A stretch of DNA of 20,000 nt. Origin: an uncultured virus (IMG/VR IMGVR_UViG_3300021425_000021) (Duplodnaviria; Heunggongvirae; Uroviricota; Caudoviricetes). Location: IMG/VR virus record IMGVR_UViG_3300021425_000021. The stretch is one strand, 5' to 3'. Below, piece after piece: positions 7,083 through 16,443 of the stretch (position 1 is its first letter; each line of letters opens with the position of its first letter). The notes below the pieces were generated by a model. It was not told where the DNA came from. It saw only the letters and a program-made list of their open reading frames with translations, and ran no database searches. The position numbers and the translations under genes are program-made.

Positions 7083-9181
7083 TATGTAGCTAAAGCAATA
7101 CTTCTAAAGTCAGTGAGACGAGGAACATCTGACGTTGTTGGTGAACGGAATACTAATTTATATTGATAACGTGTAAATGGATCTAGCGTAGTCGTCGTTG
7201 TTGGTATTGTATATTCGTACTCACGGAATATTTCAATATTATCATCGGCTGGTATGACTTCGTCTGGAGTCGCTAGTGTCCAATCAACTTCAGTGAGATC
7301 TACATCATCGCCAGAATTAGCTACACGGAAGTAAAGGTCAATGAATGTTCCACTAGGACGATTAGCGGCAAAGAATACTTTTAGGCCAATTGCCTCTTCA
7401 TTAAGAGTAATTGCTTTAAATATATGTTTAGCTGTAGCCGTACCACCCGTCGCATCTGTTTCTGCGACATATATTTCAGGAGTATTATAACCAGCTGTCG
7501 ATCCTGAAGCTTCCTGATTATCAATGCGGTTTCTAATTACGCCGGCCGACATTCTAGATAAGTCAATTACCGGAGCAACAAAGTTTGAAGTGCTTGATAG
7601 AGTTGCTCTCATCGTAAGTGATTTTTTGCCAGCACCTAGGTTTGTGGTTTCGTTTACTGTTGAAGCAACAACCTGTGGTCCTTCAAATGTGTTATTTTTA
7701 TTGATTAGCATACTTGAAAATGTACTATCTTTTACATATTCAGTTTCTTGCTGTGAAGGTGAAGCACCGGTCGTAGTTTTAAATGCCCAATCAACTGTGG
7801 CATTTGGATGACTTAGCTGATTTATATTTGGATATAAAGTATCAAATTGATTTTGGCCTGTTGCGAATCCATTTGAACCACCACCGGATACTGCGCTTGT
7901 ACTTGTTGCGGCCGAAACTACGATAGTAAAGCTATCAAAGTCTTCAGCATCTGCGACAGTATGCGTAGTATTTAATTGGCCAGCGGTAATACCACCTACC
8001 GCGGTAAGGCCACTAAATGTTACGGATGAACCATTCGTAAGACCATGATTAGGCATAGTTACTCGAATAGTTGGAGCGGCTTGAACATTCGTTACGCGAA
8101 TTGAATCGGTGGCTAATGCAACCTCTGGTAAACTTACGTTTTCGAAATATGCTACAGTGTTTGTGCCGATATTAAACTCAGCTCTATTAAGTCTAAACAT
8201 TAAGTCGCGAGATTGGTCAGGCGTCCATGTAGATCCATTCTGAGATTTAAAGAAAGAACCAAGTGTTGGTTGTTGCATTACACGTTGTGTAGTTGAACCA
8301 AACAAAAACTCGGTAACTGCTGCAGTCCAAGCTTCATAATCAAGTGATTCAGAAATAACAACAATGGCATATTCATTTAGTCCGTTGAGATATATTGGTG
8401 CCGGAAACGTAAACTTTGTTAGTGCTGCTCGACCAGAAGGACTATTCGGATCGGTCGTAGTATTAACATCAGCCGCAGCAACCATCACCTCACCACCAGG
8501 TACAGGTTGATTTGTTGGTATACCATTTACCATTGGACGTATTTGAACACGAACAGGTTGCCCACCCGTAGTTGGTTTAGTTCTAAAGAACAAGTCAACC
8601 GAAGTTATATATACTCCGGTTTCTCGTTCAACCAAAAAGCTTTGTGCAATTGGATCGATCCAAACAACTGGTTGCGGAGATGGCTGTGGACGTATCGTAG
8701 TAACCTGAGTACTTTGTGTTTCCAATGTACCTTGCGCAGTATATGTAGAAAATGCTGAAGAAACGGCATCATCATCAGTAGTAGCCACAGAATCACGTAC
8801 TTTAAATTCACGAGCACCGGTTCTAAATCGAATAGAATCCGTATTTGGAATAAAGAACGAACCTTCAATCGTACCATTTGCGTCAGAAATTAGATTACTA
8901 GAAGTTTCTGGATGACCAGATAGAAACTCAGTTTCATTATTTCCGGTCAAATCGTCAGCAACATCTGCCATAAATTGGAATGCTTCTTCACGACACCAGT
9001 CAGAAACATCTACTCCATCAAAAAACGGAGTATGTTGCATATTAGGCAGTAAGCCTTCAATCTTAAAAAAAACTTTTCTTGAACGAATAAATGGAATAAG
9101 CGTAGTACTAACTGTTATAGTATCAGTTGTTTGCGTAATTCCTCCTGGTAAGGAAATAGTCGTGACTCGTGGCGTTAGCAT
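7082..9181 (-). CDS. VrlC/DUF4815-like virion structural protein, C-terminal half
   Basis: IPFIRSRKVFFK, FFDGVDV, DPIAQSF, GVYITSVDLFF, GSFFKSQNGSTWTPDQ..DLMF.L.RAEF and C-terminal PRLTDFRSIALAT. Confidence 0.85.
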   Translation of the reverse strand: MLTPRVTTISLPGGITQTTDTITVSTTLIPFIRSRKVFFKIEGLLPNMQHTPFFDGVDVSDWCREEAFQFMADVADDLTGNNETEFLSGHPETSSNLISDANGTIEGSFFIPNTDSIRFRTGAREFKVRDSVATTDDDAVSSAFSTYTAQGTLETQSTQVTTIRPQPSPQPVVWIDPIAQSFLVERETGVYITSVDLFFRTKPTTGGQPVRVQIRPMVNGIPTNQPVPGGEVMVAAADVNTTTDPNSPSGRAALTKFTFPAPIYLNGLNEYAIVVISESLDYEAWTAAVTEFLFGSTTQRVMQQPTLGSFFKSQNGSTWTPDQSRDLMFRLNRAEFNIGTNTVAYFENVSLPEVALATDSIRVTNVQAAPTIRVTMPNHGLTNGSSVTFSGLTAVGGITAGQLNTTHTVADAEDFDSFTIVVSAATSTSAVSGGGSNGFATGQNQFDTLYPNINQLSHPNATVDWAFKTTTGASPSQQETEYVKDSTFSSMLINKNNTFEGPQVVASTVNETTNLGAGKKSLTMRATLSSTSNFVAPVIDLSRMSAGVIRNRIDNQEASGSTAGYNTPEIYVAETDATGGTATAKHIFKAITLNEEAIGLKVFFAANRPSGTFIDLYFRVANSGDDVDLTEVDWTLATPDEVIPADDNIEIFREYEYTIPTTTTTLDPFTRYQYKLVFRSPTTSDVPRLTDFRSIALAT

Positions 9182-9209
9182 AAAGTAATTACCTTTTGTT
9201 TTCTACACC

Positions 9210-9217
9210 TATTTATA
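9210..9217 (-). promoter_or_regulatory. T4-type late promoter (TATAAATA) between the two VrlC-like halves
   Basis: Exact motif in the 38-bp intergenic gap, followed by an SD-like AAAAGGT (9191-9197) before the ATG at 9181. Confidence 0.8.
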
Positions 9218-9219
9218 TA

Positions 9220-12200
9220 TTAAAACCGTACGCGCTCAAATTCATTTAGAGCACCACCACCGCCTGAACTCCATGGATCAACAACTGGTGGCGTATTATC
9301 AGTTATGTTATCATCACCGGTCCAATTCCAATTCCAGTTATCCCAGTTATCGTCAAGATTAGGAGATACCACCGGTGTTCCGGTGCCTGGATTTAAACTA
9401 CCAACTTGTGTAACCGCGGTCGTTGTGGTTTCAACATCTCTCCATTCATCTGAATCTGGAGAAAGTGTAATAAAGCCAATACCGGTTGTGATAGCGTAAG
9501 GATTAACATTCACTACGCTTGATGCCTGAAGCTGTTCTGTTTCAGCAACTTCAGTATATTGCATGAATAATTGATCGCCCTTTTTAATAACGTTATTTGA
9601 TATATCGTTATCGCCGCTTGTTGATTTGTAAATTAGGCGTGTATTCTTTTCAACAAATTCGGCACGAACTTCACCAAGACGTGGATTAATTGATGAACGA
9701 TTATTAGGATTATCAACATCTGAGAACCTATGGTCATCAAAGGAATCTACAAAAAAGCCAGCTTGAAATCTGCTGTTACCATTTGCGTCAATAACGTTTA
9801 GGTTAGAAGTTTCATTTTCAAGCAATGATAGAGTAGACCATTCTTCAACACGAGAAATACGAGACTCAAGTCTACCGATATCTCTCATTGTGTAGCGCTT
9901 ATTTTCAATGAAGCTCATTCCAACATCTAATTGGTCTAGAGTACCTGGACCAAAACGAACTACATATAGTGGCATCACATCATTTGGAATTGGCGGTGGA
10001 ACCGGCGTTTTTGAAGAAATGCCTTTTGCAAATCCAAAGTTACCTTCAGAAGAAAGATATAGGATATCAGTACGAGGAAGATAGAAAGTGACGTCAGCTT
10101 GTATAGCTTCACCGTTAAGAGGTATCTCATTAACCAACGCGCCAGCTGTGCTATAGTCAGTGTTATCATCGTCAATAACAGGTCGGAAATCAAATACTTC
10201 AGCTAGGAAAACACTAACACCATCAGGTCTTACAAATGTTGGAATATTAGTATATGAATATGACGGATCTGAAATAAATGAGTTATATGAATCAACATTG
10301 AAATAATCGCCAGCGCCATGCTGAAAATATTTAAATGTAACTTTTACATTTCCGCTTGGGGCAGAAGCACCAGATTTCAGCTTTAGCTTACCAATTTGAT
10401 AAGAATTCGTACGTTGACCATTATCAAGTGTGTAACGATTGGTAATATCAGCATCGCCATCACTAACATCTTTTACTACGTCAATGACATAGATATCATG
10501 CTGACCTAAGCTAACTTCATTGGTTCCAACACCACCAGTTCCTGGAGTAATTACTGAATCGGTAACGGTCGTAAGAGTTTTACTTCGTGCTGAAGTTGTA
10601 GTAGTCGTTTTATCTACATATGCTATAAGTGTATGAGCGGTTGATGCCGCTAATCCAGAAAGTGTAATTGTTTGTAAACCAGCCGTAGTAGCTGATACTG
10701 TAACAATAGTACCTGAATTATTTACAAGAATCCATCCAGCAGTATTAGCCCATGTTACATTCGAATCAAGGGTATCGAGCGTCTCATTGCCAGAACCGTC
10801 AGTAGTAAAAGTAATACGTCGCTGTGCTCTTACTGTAATATCTTGAATAGTTTGTATACGCGACCGCAACATTGGAAACAGTAATGTGTTATTCGCCGTA
10901 TCTTTTAATTTAGCATTATCGCTTGTGAGTACGTTACCAGCATCATCAATAATGTTCGCTTCAAATCCAGTAGCTTGAAGATCGCGAACTTCATTAAAGC
11001 CTTTTGCAGAATTCATTGAAACATCAAAAAGATAGAAATGATAAATTGAAGCTGACTTATATTCAACAGCACGAACTCTTGCTGTACCAATTGTAGCATT
11101 AGTCGAATCTCTAAGATTAACTAACTCAAATGTAGAAATATCTGGTAGACCAGTCGGAGCTGAAGTCCGAACATAATTACCAAATGTCACTGGAATACTA
11201 GCGTTATTTTGAGTTTCTGTATCTAGAGCTCGATCATGAATAATATTTGTTGATGTATATTTTTCAATTTCATAACCACGAACATATGCTTTACCGGGAT
11301 CGGCAACGAATGTAAGTTTCGTATCATCGCCTGATGTCAATTCGCTGTGAATAATAAATGGATCGACTGTATAGTTCCCAGACTCATCGAATGTTCGACG
11401 TGCTAACTCATCACCAATTAAAGAGTATTGAGTTCTAGTCAGTGACTGTACTACACGTGTACCTTTAATGATCGCGATCGTAAAGTAATCTACGTCAACA
11501 TCACCATTCGTATCTTCAATGTCTGATTTTTTTGTAAGTGTCAGTGCGTATTTAAGACGATCGGCGCCTGGAGCATTTACATTATTTGTTCCGGCCGCGT
11601 TTGAAAGAAGTGAGCTATCGCTTCCGGAAGTAACAATACTTTCGCCAACAACGAGTCCAACCTCAAACTCATCAGATGCAACTCCATATTTTTCTAGAAT
11701 AAGTGATTGCGATGTAGCAACAACAAAGAATCCATTAACAAAGTAAATACCTTTATCAAGATTCGCTTTTGTTCCTGTGCCAGTTGCAGATGCCGCGGCA
11801 ACAGTAAATGCTCCACTCGATCCACCATTAGGATTTGTAAATGTAAGTGTTTCGCTATTTTGAAACCGGCCACCAGTGCCAGATCCACCGTCGGTATAAC
11901 GTATGTATAGAGTCGCAGGATCTGATCCAGCGGCCGCTACAGCTTGAATTAAAATAGCAGTGATTCCGCTAGTGCCACCTACAACAGTGGCTCCAGCTTG
12001 GATACTAGAAATATCAACATCTTGAACCTTCACAAACTCATAATTAGAATCAACTGAGATTCCACCAGGAATAACAACAGTGCCATCTTTAAAAATATTT
12101 TGACCAAACCGAGTAATTTGATTCTGCAAAATAGTTTGAAGTTGAGTTAGCTCTCGCGCTTGAACTGCCCGAGAAGGCCTAAATAGGAGTCTATGAAAAC

Positions 12201-12255
12201 CTTTATCTTCATTAAAGTCATCATAGTATGGTGCGAGACTAGTATCAATTGCCAT
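9220..12255 (-). CDS. VrlC/DUF4815-like virion structural protein, N-terminal half
   Basis: PYYDDF...K.FHR.LFRP...VQARELTQLQTILQNQI..FG..IFKDG, APGADRLK, LARRTFDESGNYTV.PF, PGKAYVRGYE, NKRYTMRDIGRLE.RI, GFFVDSF and VNVNPY; it follows gp8. Confidence 0.88.
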   Translation of the reverse strand: MAIDTSLAPYYDDFNEDKGFHRLLFRPSRAVQARELTQLQTILQNQITRFGQNIFKDGTVVIPGGISVDSNYEFVKVQDVDISSIQAGATVVGGTSGITAILIQAVAAAGSDPATLYIRYTDGGSGTGGRFQNSETLTFTNPNGGSSGAFTVAAASATGTGTKANLDKGIYFVNGFFVVATSQSLILEKYGVASDEFEVGLVVGESIVTSGSDSSLLSNAAGTNNVNAPGADRLKYALTLTKKSDIEDTNGDVDVDYFTIAIIKGTRVVQSLTRTQYSLIGDELARRTFDESGNYTVDPFIIHSELTSGDDTKLTFVADPGKAYVRGYEIEKYTSTNIIHDRALDTETQNNASIPVTFGNYVRTSAPTGLPDISTFELVNLRDSTNATIGTARVRAVEYKSASIYHFYLFDVSMNSAKGFNEVRDLQATGFEANIIDDAGNVLTSDNAKLKDTANNTLLFPMLRSRIQTIQDITVRAQRRITFTTDGSGNETLDTLDSNVTWANTAGWILVNNSGTIVTVSATTAGLQTITLSGLAASTAHTLIAYVDKTTTTTSARSKTLTTVTDSVITPGTGGVGTNEVSLGQHDIYVIDVVKDVSDGDADITNRYTLDNGQRTNSYQIGKLKLKSGASAPSGNVKVTFKYFQHGAGDYFNVDSYNSFISDPSYSYTNIPTFVRPDGVSVFLAEVFDFRPVIDDDNTDYSTAGALVNEIPLNGEAIQADVTFYLPRTDILYLSSEGNFGFAKGISSKTPVPPPIPNDVMPLYVVRFGPGTLDQLDVGMSFIENKRYTMRDIGRLESRISRVEEWSTLSLLENETSNLNVIDANGNSRFQAGFFVDSFDDHRFSDVDNPNNRSSINPRLGEVRAEFVEKNTRLIYKSTSGDNDISNNVIKKGDQLFMQYTEVAETEQLQASSVVNVNPYAITTGIGFITLSPDSDEWRDVETTTTAVTQVGSLNPGTGTPVVSPNLDDNWDNWNWNWTGDDNITDNTPPVVDPWSSGGGGALNEFERVRF

Positions 12256-12272
12256 TCGTATTTCTTCTTTTT

Positions 12273-13841
12273 CTAAAACTGTACTACGAGTTTAATATCT
12301 TCGGTCTGATCAGCGGCACGAGAAACTGGCGAGCGATTTTCTAAGTAAACCATTCTACCCGAAAAGTTATCAATCTCTGATGGGTTCGATGCACCCGAAG
12401 CAGCAATTGTTCCGGTTGATGTACCAGCACCACTTAACGATTCACCATCAGTAAACGCAGTATATCCTGTGTCATCGGTTTGAGTATAATACAAATAGTT
12501 ATTAGCGGAGTCATAGTAGTTAATATATGCTTTAGCGCCAGACGATCCACCAGTAATAAGATCATCTTCTGCCCATGTTCCACCGCCAGCAACATCAAGG
12601 AAAGGCATTGCAGTTCCGGTAGATGCCGTATAAGCTTTTTGAGTGACACTACGATCAAGTGGATTTTTAATGATCATTAGTTGGCGATAATTATTCGATG
12701 GAATAAAATCACCTGAACCTTCGGCGCCGGTCAACACAACATTATACATTAGATAGTTTGCTTGAAGATCAATGACTGGATCATAGCCAAAGCCACCCTT
12801 TACAGCAGTAAATTGTGGAACTAAGACCGCATCAGTTCCAGCGGTTGTTTCAGCTGGTGTAACCGTAGCATTAGTATAACTATATCCAGCAGTATTAATC
12901 GTTGGCGACGCTTGAATCGTATTAGAAGTTACTGTAGCGGTTGCGGTTGCATCAAATCCATCACCGACAATATTAAGTGTTAAAGAACCATTCGTATAAC
13001 CAGATCCACCATTAGTAACATCAATACTTGCAATTTCTCGGCCGAGTGAAACCGGAGCAAGAACTGGATCAATTACAGCTGGTGTAGTAGGCGATCCACC
13101 AGTAATTACTACTCTAGCATATGTATATCCTGAACCAACTGCCGTAACGGTAATGCCAGTGATTACACCACCAGCAACAGTCGCTGTAGCGGTTGCGCCT
13201 GTGCCATTTCCTTCAATCGCTAAAGTCGGTGCACTAGAATAACCAACACCAGCATTTATAATATTATAATCCCAAATCTGTCCAAGCGTAGAATTGGATG
13301 CAACGTTAGCATCACGGAAGACTGGCATAAAATCATTAGTAAGATACTTATCCGACTGAGAAGCTGAAATAGTATAAAGGAACTTCCATACATAACCATC
13401 AGCTCCAGCAGATGGGGCAACTGATCCTCTATCTCCGGCAACGCCAGATCCACCATCATCTACACCGTTAGGCTCAGTAGTTGAAGCACCAGCACCCGCT
13501 CTCAAACAAATGTAAACGTTCTTTTCACTATTTAGTACATAGTATTGTTTAGTATTTTGCGTAGGATCATTATCATCATACGCTACATACGTGTTACCAT
13601 TTGTCCAATTATATCGAGGAACGCAATTAGCAATATCAGTGATTTGTTTCATTGATTGCATTGCTAAGCGTGCAGCGTTCTCATCTTCGGGATCAATATT
13701 CGGTGTTGGTGGATTAGTATCTGTTGGCCAATCGATTGCACGACCAATCGCCAGATAGTATCTATCGACGCCAGAATCAATATCACGCTTAGTGTATTGA
13801 AGATTCTGAAGACGAAACTGATTTGTAATAATTGCAGTCAT
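12273..13841 (-). CDS. gp8: Baseplate wedge subunit (T4 gp8-like)
   Basis: MTAIITNQFR, YL.IGR...W, PRYNW, VYICL, DGYVWKFLYTI, FMPV, YRQL.IIKNP and C-terminal SG...YLENR.P..RA.DQTEDIKLVVQF. Confidence 0.92.
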   Translation of the reverse strand: MTAIITNQFRLQNLQYTKRDIDSGVDRYYLAIGRAIDWPTDTNPPTPNIDPEDENAARLAMQSMKQITDIANCVPRYNWTNGNTYVAYDDNDPTQNTKQYYVLNSEKNVYICLRAGAGASTTEPNGVDDGGSGVAGDRGSVAPSAGADGYVWKFLYTISASQSDKYLTNDFMPVFRDANVASNSTLGQIWDYNIINAGVGYSSAPTLAIEGNGTGATATATVAGGVITGITVTAVGSGYTYARVVITGGSPTTPAVIDPVLAPVSLGREIASIDVTNGGSGYTNGSLTLNIVGDGFDATATATVTSNTIQASPTINTAGYSYTNATVTPAETTAGTDAVLVPQFTAVKGGFGYDPVIDLQANYLMYNVVLTGAEGSGDFIPSNNYRQLMIIKNPLDRSVTQKAYTASTGTAMPFLDVAGGGTWAEDDLITGGSSGAKAYINYYDSANNYLYYTQTDDTGYTAFTDGESLSGAGTSTGTIAASGASNPSEIDNFSGRMVYLENRSPVSRAADQTEDIKLVVQF

Positions 13842-13871
13842 GTTATCTACACTCTAAGTTACTGTTATCTT

Positions 13872-13879
13872 TATTTATA
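13872..13879 (-). promoter_or_regulatory. T4-type late promoter (TATAAATA) for gp8
   Basis: Exact intergenic motif 30 bp upstream of the gp8 ATG. Confidence 0.8.
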
Positions 13880-13883
13880 TAGT

Positions 13884-14111
13884 TTATGGAAGAAGATCAT
13901 CATCATTTTCGATTTCTTCTTCGGGCTCTTCTTCTGGTTCTGGCAAATTGTAAAATGTTCTAGCCTCTTCTTCGGTATCAAACCAACGCCAACCTCCTTC
14001 GGTTGGATATGTATACGAATCCTTTTCTTCTTTTATAAGGGTATACGTTGGCGCAAACACAAAGTTAGGAGCTTCAAAAAGTTCTTCATCTTCGACTCTA
14101 AAAAATGACAT
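13884..14111 (-). CDS. Small acidic hypothetical protein (75 aa) following the LRR genes
   Basis: Probable start is the ATG at 14111 (MSFFRVEDEELFEAPNFV...YTYPTEGGWRWFDTEEEA), 4 nt after the LRR gene stop. The longer start in the ORF track overlaps the LRR gene. Confidence 0.7.
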   Translation of the reverse strand: MSFFRVEDEELFEAPNFVFAPTYTLIKEEKDSYTYPTEGGWRWFDTEEEARTFYNLPEPEEEPEEEIENDDDLLP

Positions 14112-14115
14112 AATA

Positions 14116-16443
14116 TTATCCTGACACGGTCCAGTTTTTATTTGTTGCGATTGATGTGTTAACAGCAGGATCATCATGGCCCCACTGATTAGAAATAGTT
14201 ATGGTTCTACCAGTAGCACCAGTGAGGTCTGGTAGATTAGTGAAAACATTATTAAGTTCATTAGCATCTAATTTTCCAAAAGGAATATAAAAGTTTTGTG
14301 TTAGTCCGGTAACCTTACATTTAATTATCGAAGACATATTATTACCAAACGTATGATTATTTATTAATGTTACTCCGCTGAGGTCTAATTCTGGCACTTC
14401 CTTTAAACTTCTATTAACATAAAATATATCTCGTATATCATTTACATTATGAAAATTTTCAATCTTTGGTATATATTCTAAAGCAGGGCAATAATAAAAC
14501 ATATATCTTGCTGTTATATTAGAAAGTGATGTAGGTAAGATAATTTTCGGTGCAACCCGCATGCAATAATTTTCGCGAAATAAATTTTCCATATCAGGAT
14601 AAGTTAAGCTCGATAAATCCATTAACCTAGGATATCGTTTTAACGAAAAGCATCTATAAAACATGTGCTCTACATTTGCACAATTACTTAAGTCCATATC
14701 TGGAACAGATTCTAAAGATCTGCAATCATAAAACATATGGCTTGTGGTTATTATTTTTCCAGACGTAAAATCGTAACTATCAGATAAGCTAGTAAGAGAA
14801 AGACACTCTCTAAATGTATTAACAAAATTAGTACACCGCGTTGTATCAAACGCTGGCACCTGCGCTAATGATCTGCACACATAAAACATACTTTGTGCCG
14901 ACAGCGGCGCGGAATTAGACATGTCAATATCTATTCTTTTCAAAGCGTGGCAATGCGAAAACATTTCGTGGGTTCTTGCTAAATTATGCATAGGCGAACC
15001 GGTAACATTTTTTAGATAATAACATCTTTCAAACATCGAGTGCGCATCTACTAAATTTGGCGCATGAATTTCTATATTTTCTAAGCCATAACATGAATAA
15101 AACATATTAATAGCATTGCCCAGCTTAGGCGCATTAATAACAAAATTTCGTTCGAACCTCAGATTATGACAATCATAAAATAACTGAGTGGCGTTTTGTA
15201 GATTTTCAAATACAAATGTACTCGGAATTTCCTTTAATGCGTGACAGGAATTAAACAACCGATTAGCATATGATAATTTTTTATTAAACTTAACATCAAC
15301 TCGCTCGAGATTATAACAATTAGAAAATAAACTGTATATTCGACTAGCATTTGATAAATCTAAATTAGGAGCACAAATAATATTATAACATTGTTCAAAC
15401 GTCGATACTGCATCCCCCACAGATGAAAAATCGTATTTTGGTATATTTTTTAAAGAATAACAACCCAAAAACATATAATTAACATCAGTTATATGGCTAG
15501 TATTTAAATTTTCCGGAGGATGAGTTAAACTTGTACAATATGCAAATAAGCTATTAAGGCTATACGTAGATGAGGGTATATTGAGCACTGGAACAGATCT
15601 AAGAGATCTGCATCCAGTAAACATGTAATTTAGTTCTGATATTCCCAAATTAAATCCAGAAAAAGTTTCCAGTCTATCAGCTCTACCATATCGGTCTATT
15701 TGTGTACCGCTTGAATCATATAATCTAAAGATTGAAACTATAGATAAGTTTACGTGTATATCCAAATACGCATACATATGCGCATCGGATGAACTAATTT
15801 CATTTGGCAAAGTAAAAGGATTAAAATAAAAATAAGAACAAAGACCATTGAATGTAACAAGAATTACAGCTTGTTTATATGGCAATAAATTAGTAGTGCC
15901 AGTAGAATCAAATGTAATTGGTGTTCCATTCTTTTCTTCGGAAATTTGAAATGTATCAGTAGTCGGGTTTACGATATAATATTCTTTATATTCCGAAATA
16001 TTAGTTGGACCCACCACATCATTTAAAGTAATTTTATAGCCTGAAGGATAGCCATGAGAGCTTCGATTTATTGTATTTGTGCCAATAGTAGCGGGTGCAT
16101 TTGTATCATCGAATGCACTATTTGAACTTTGATATACATGTTCTGGAAAAAAATTACCAGTACCTTGTGGATCAAATGTCTCAACTGTACCATCTCCCCA
16201 ATCAACCGTACAGGTGGCAGGTATAATTGAGGATGCCTCATGTAATCGAAGAACTAAATTTACATATGTTTCGCCTGGATCAATTGCGACCAATGCAGCA
16301 ACCTTTTCACCATCTTGAACATTTGGCATTGCTAACCAACTTGGATTACGAACCCAATCATCACCTAAAGTGTCATTGAACTCATAGTCACTATTCAGTC
16401 CAGTATTTTCTATTTTTTTACTATTTAAGTTTGTAACCGTCAT
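14116..16443 (-). CDS. BspA/DUF285-type leucine-rich-repeat protein with a PKD-like (DWGDG) N-terminal region; paralogue 2
   Basis: About 17 repeats of ~23-25 aa with core xxMF/LFxxCxxLxxxP (e.g. NYMFTGCRSLRSVP, SHMFYDCRSLESVP), VDWGDG, and C-cap IATNKNWTVSG. Start placed at the ATGA overlap with the upstream stop (16443). Confidence 0.85.
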   Translation of the reverse strand: MTVTNLNSKKIENTGLNSDYEFNDTLGDDWVRNPSWLAMPNVQDGEKVAALVAIDPGETYVNLVLRLHEASSIIPATCTVDWGDGTVETFDPQGTGNFFPEHVYQSSNSAFDDTNAPATIGTNTINRSSHGYPSGYKITLNDVVGPTNISEYKEYYIVNPTTDTFQISEEKNGTPITFDSTGTTNLLPYKQAVILVTFNGLCSYFYFNPFTLPNEISSSDAHMYAYLDIHVNLSIVSIFRLYDSSGTQIDRYGRADRLETFSGFNLGISELNYMFTGCRSLRSVPVLNIPSSTYSLNSLFAYCTSLTHPPENLNTSHITDVNYMFLGCYSLKNIPKYDFSSVGDAVSTFEQCYNIICAPNLDLSNASRIYSLFSNCYNLERVDVKFNKKLSYANRLFNSCHALKEIPSTFVFENLQNATQLFYDCHNLRFERNFVINAPKLGNAINMFYSCYGLENIEIHAPNLVDAHSMFERCYYLKNVTGSPMHNLARTHEMFSHCHALKRIDIDMSNSAPLSAQSMFYVCRSLAQVPAFDTTRCTNFVNTFRECLSLTSLSDSYDFTSGKIITTSHMFYDCRSLESVPDMDLSNCANVEHMFYRCFSLKRYPRLMDLSSLTYPDMENLFRENYCMRVAPKIILPTSLSNITARYMFYYCPALEYIPKIENFHNVNDIRDIFYVNRSLKEVPELDLSGVTLINNHTFGNNMSSIIKCKVTGLTQNFYIPFGKLDANELNNVFTNLPDLTGATGRTITISNQWGHDDPAVNTSIATNKNWTVSG

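Noticed and set aside
9182..9219. Programmed frameshift, readthrough or intron joining the VrlC halves
   Set aside because: The gap is only 38 bp, has its own promoter and ribosome-binding site, and contains an in-frame stop before the second ATG. Independent initiation is the simpler explanation.
1263..14108. All plus-strand ORFs and the short nested minus-strand ORFs in the track (e.g. 2630-2887, 4091-4378, 8605-8877, 9975-10193)
   Set aside because: They are shadows of long, motif-supported minus-strand genes, with no recognisable motifs of their own.
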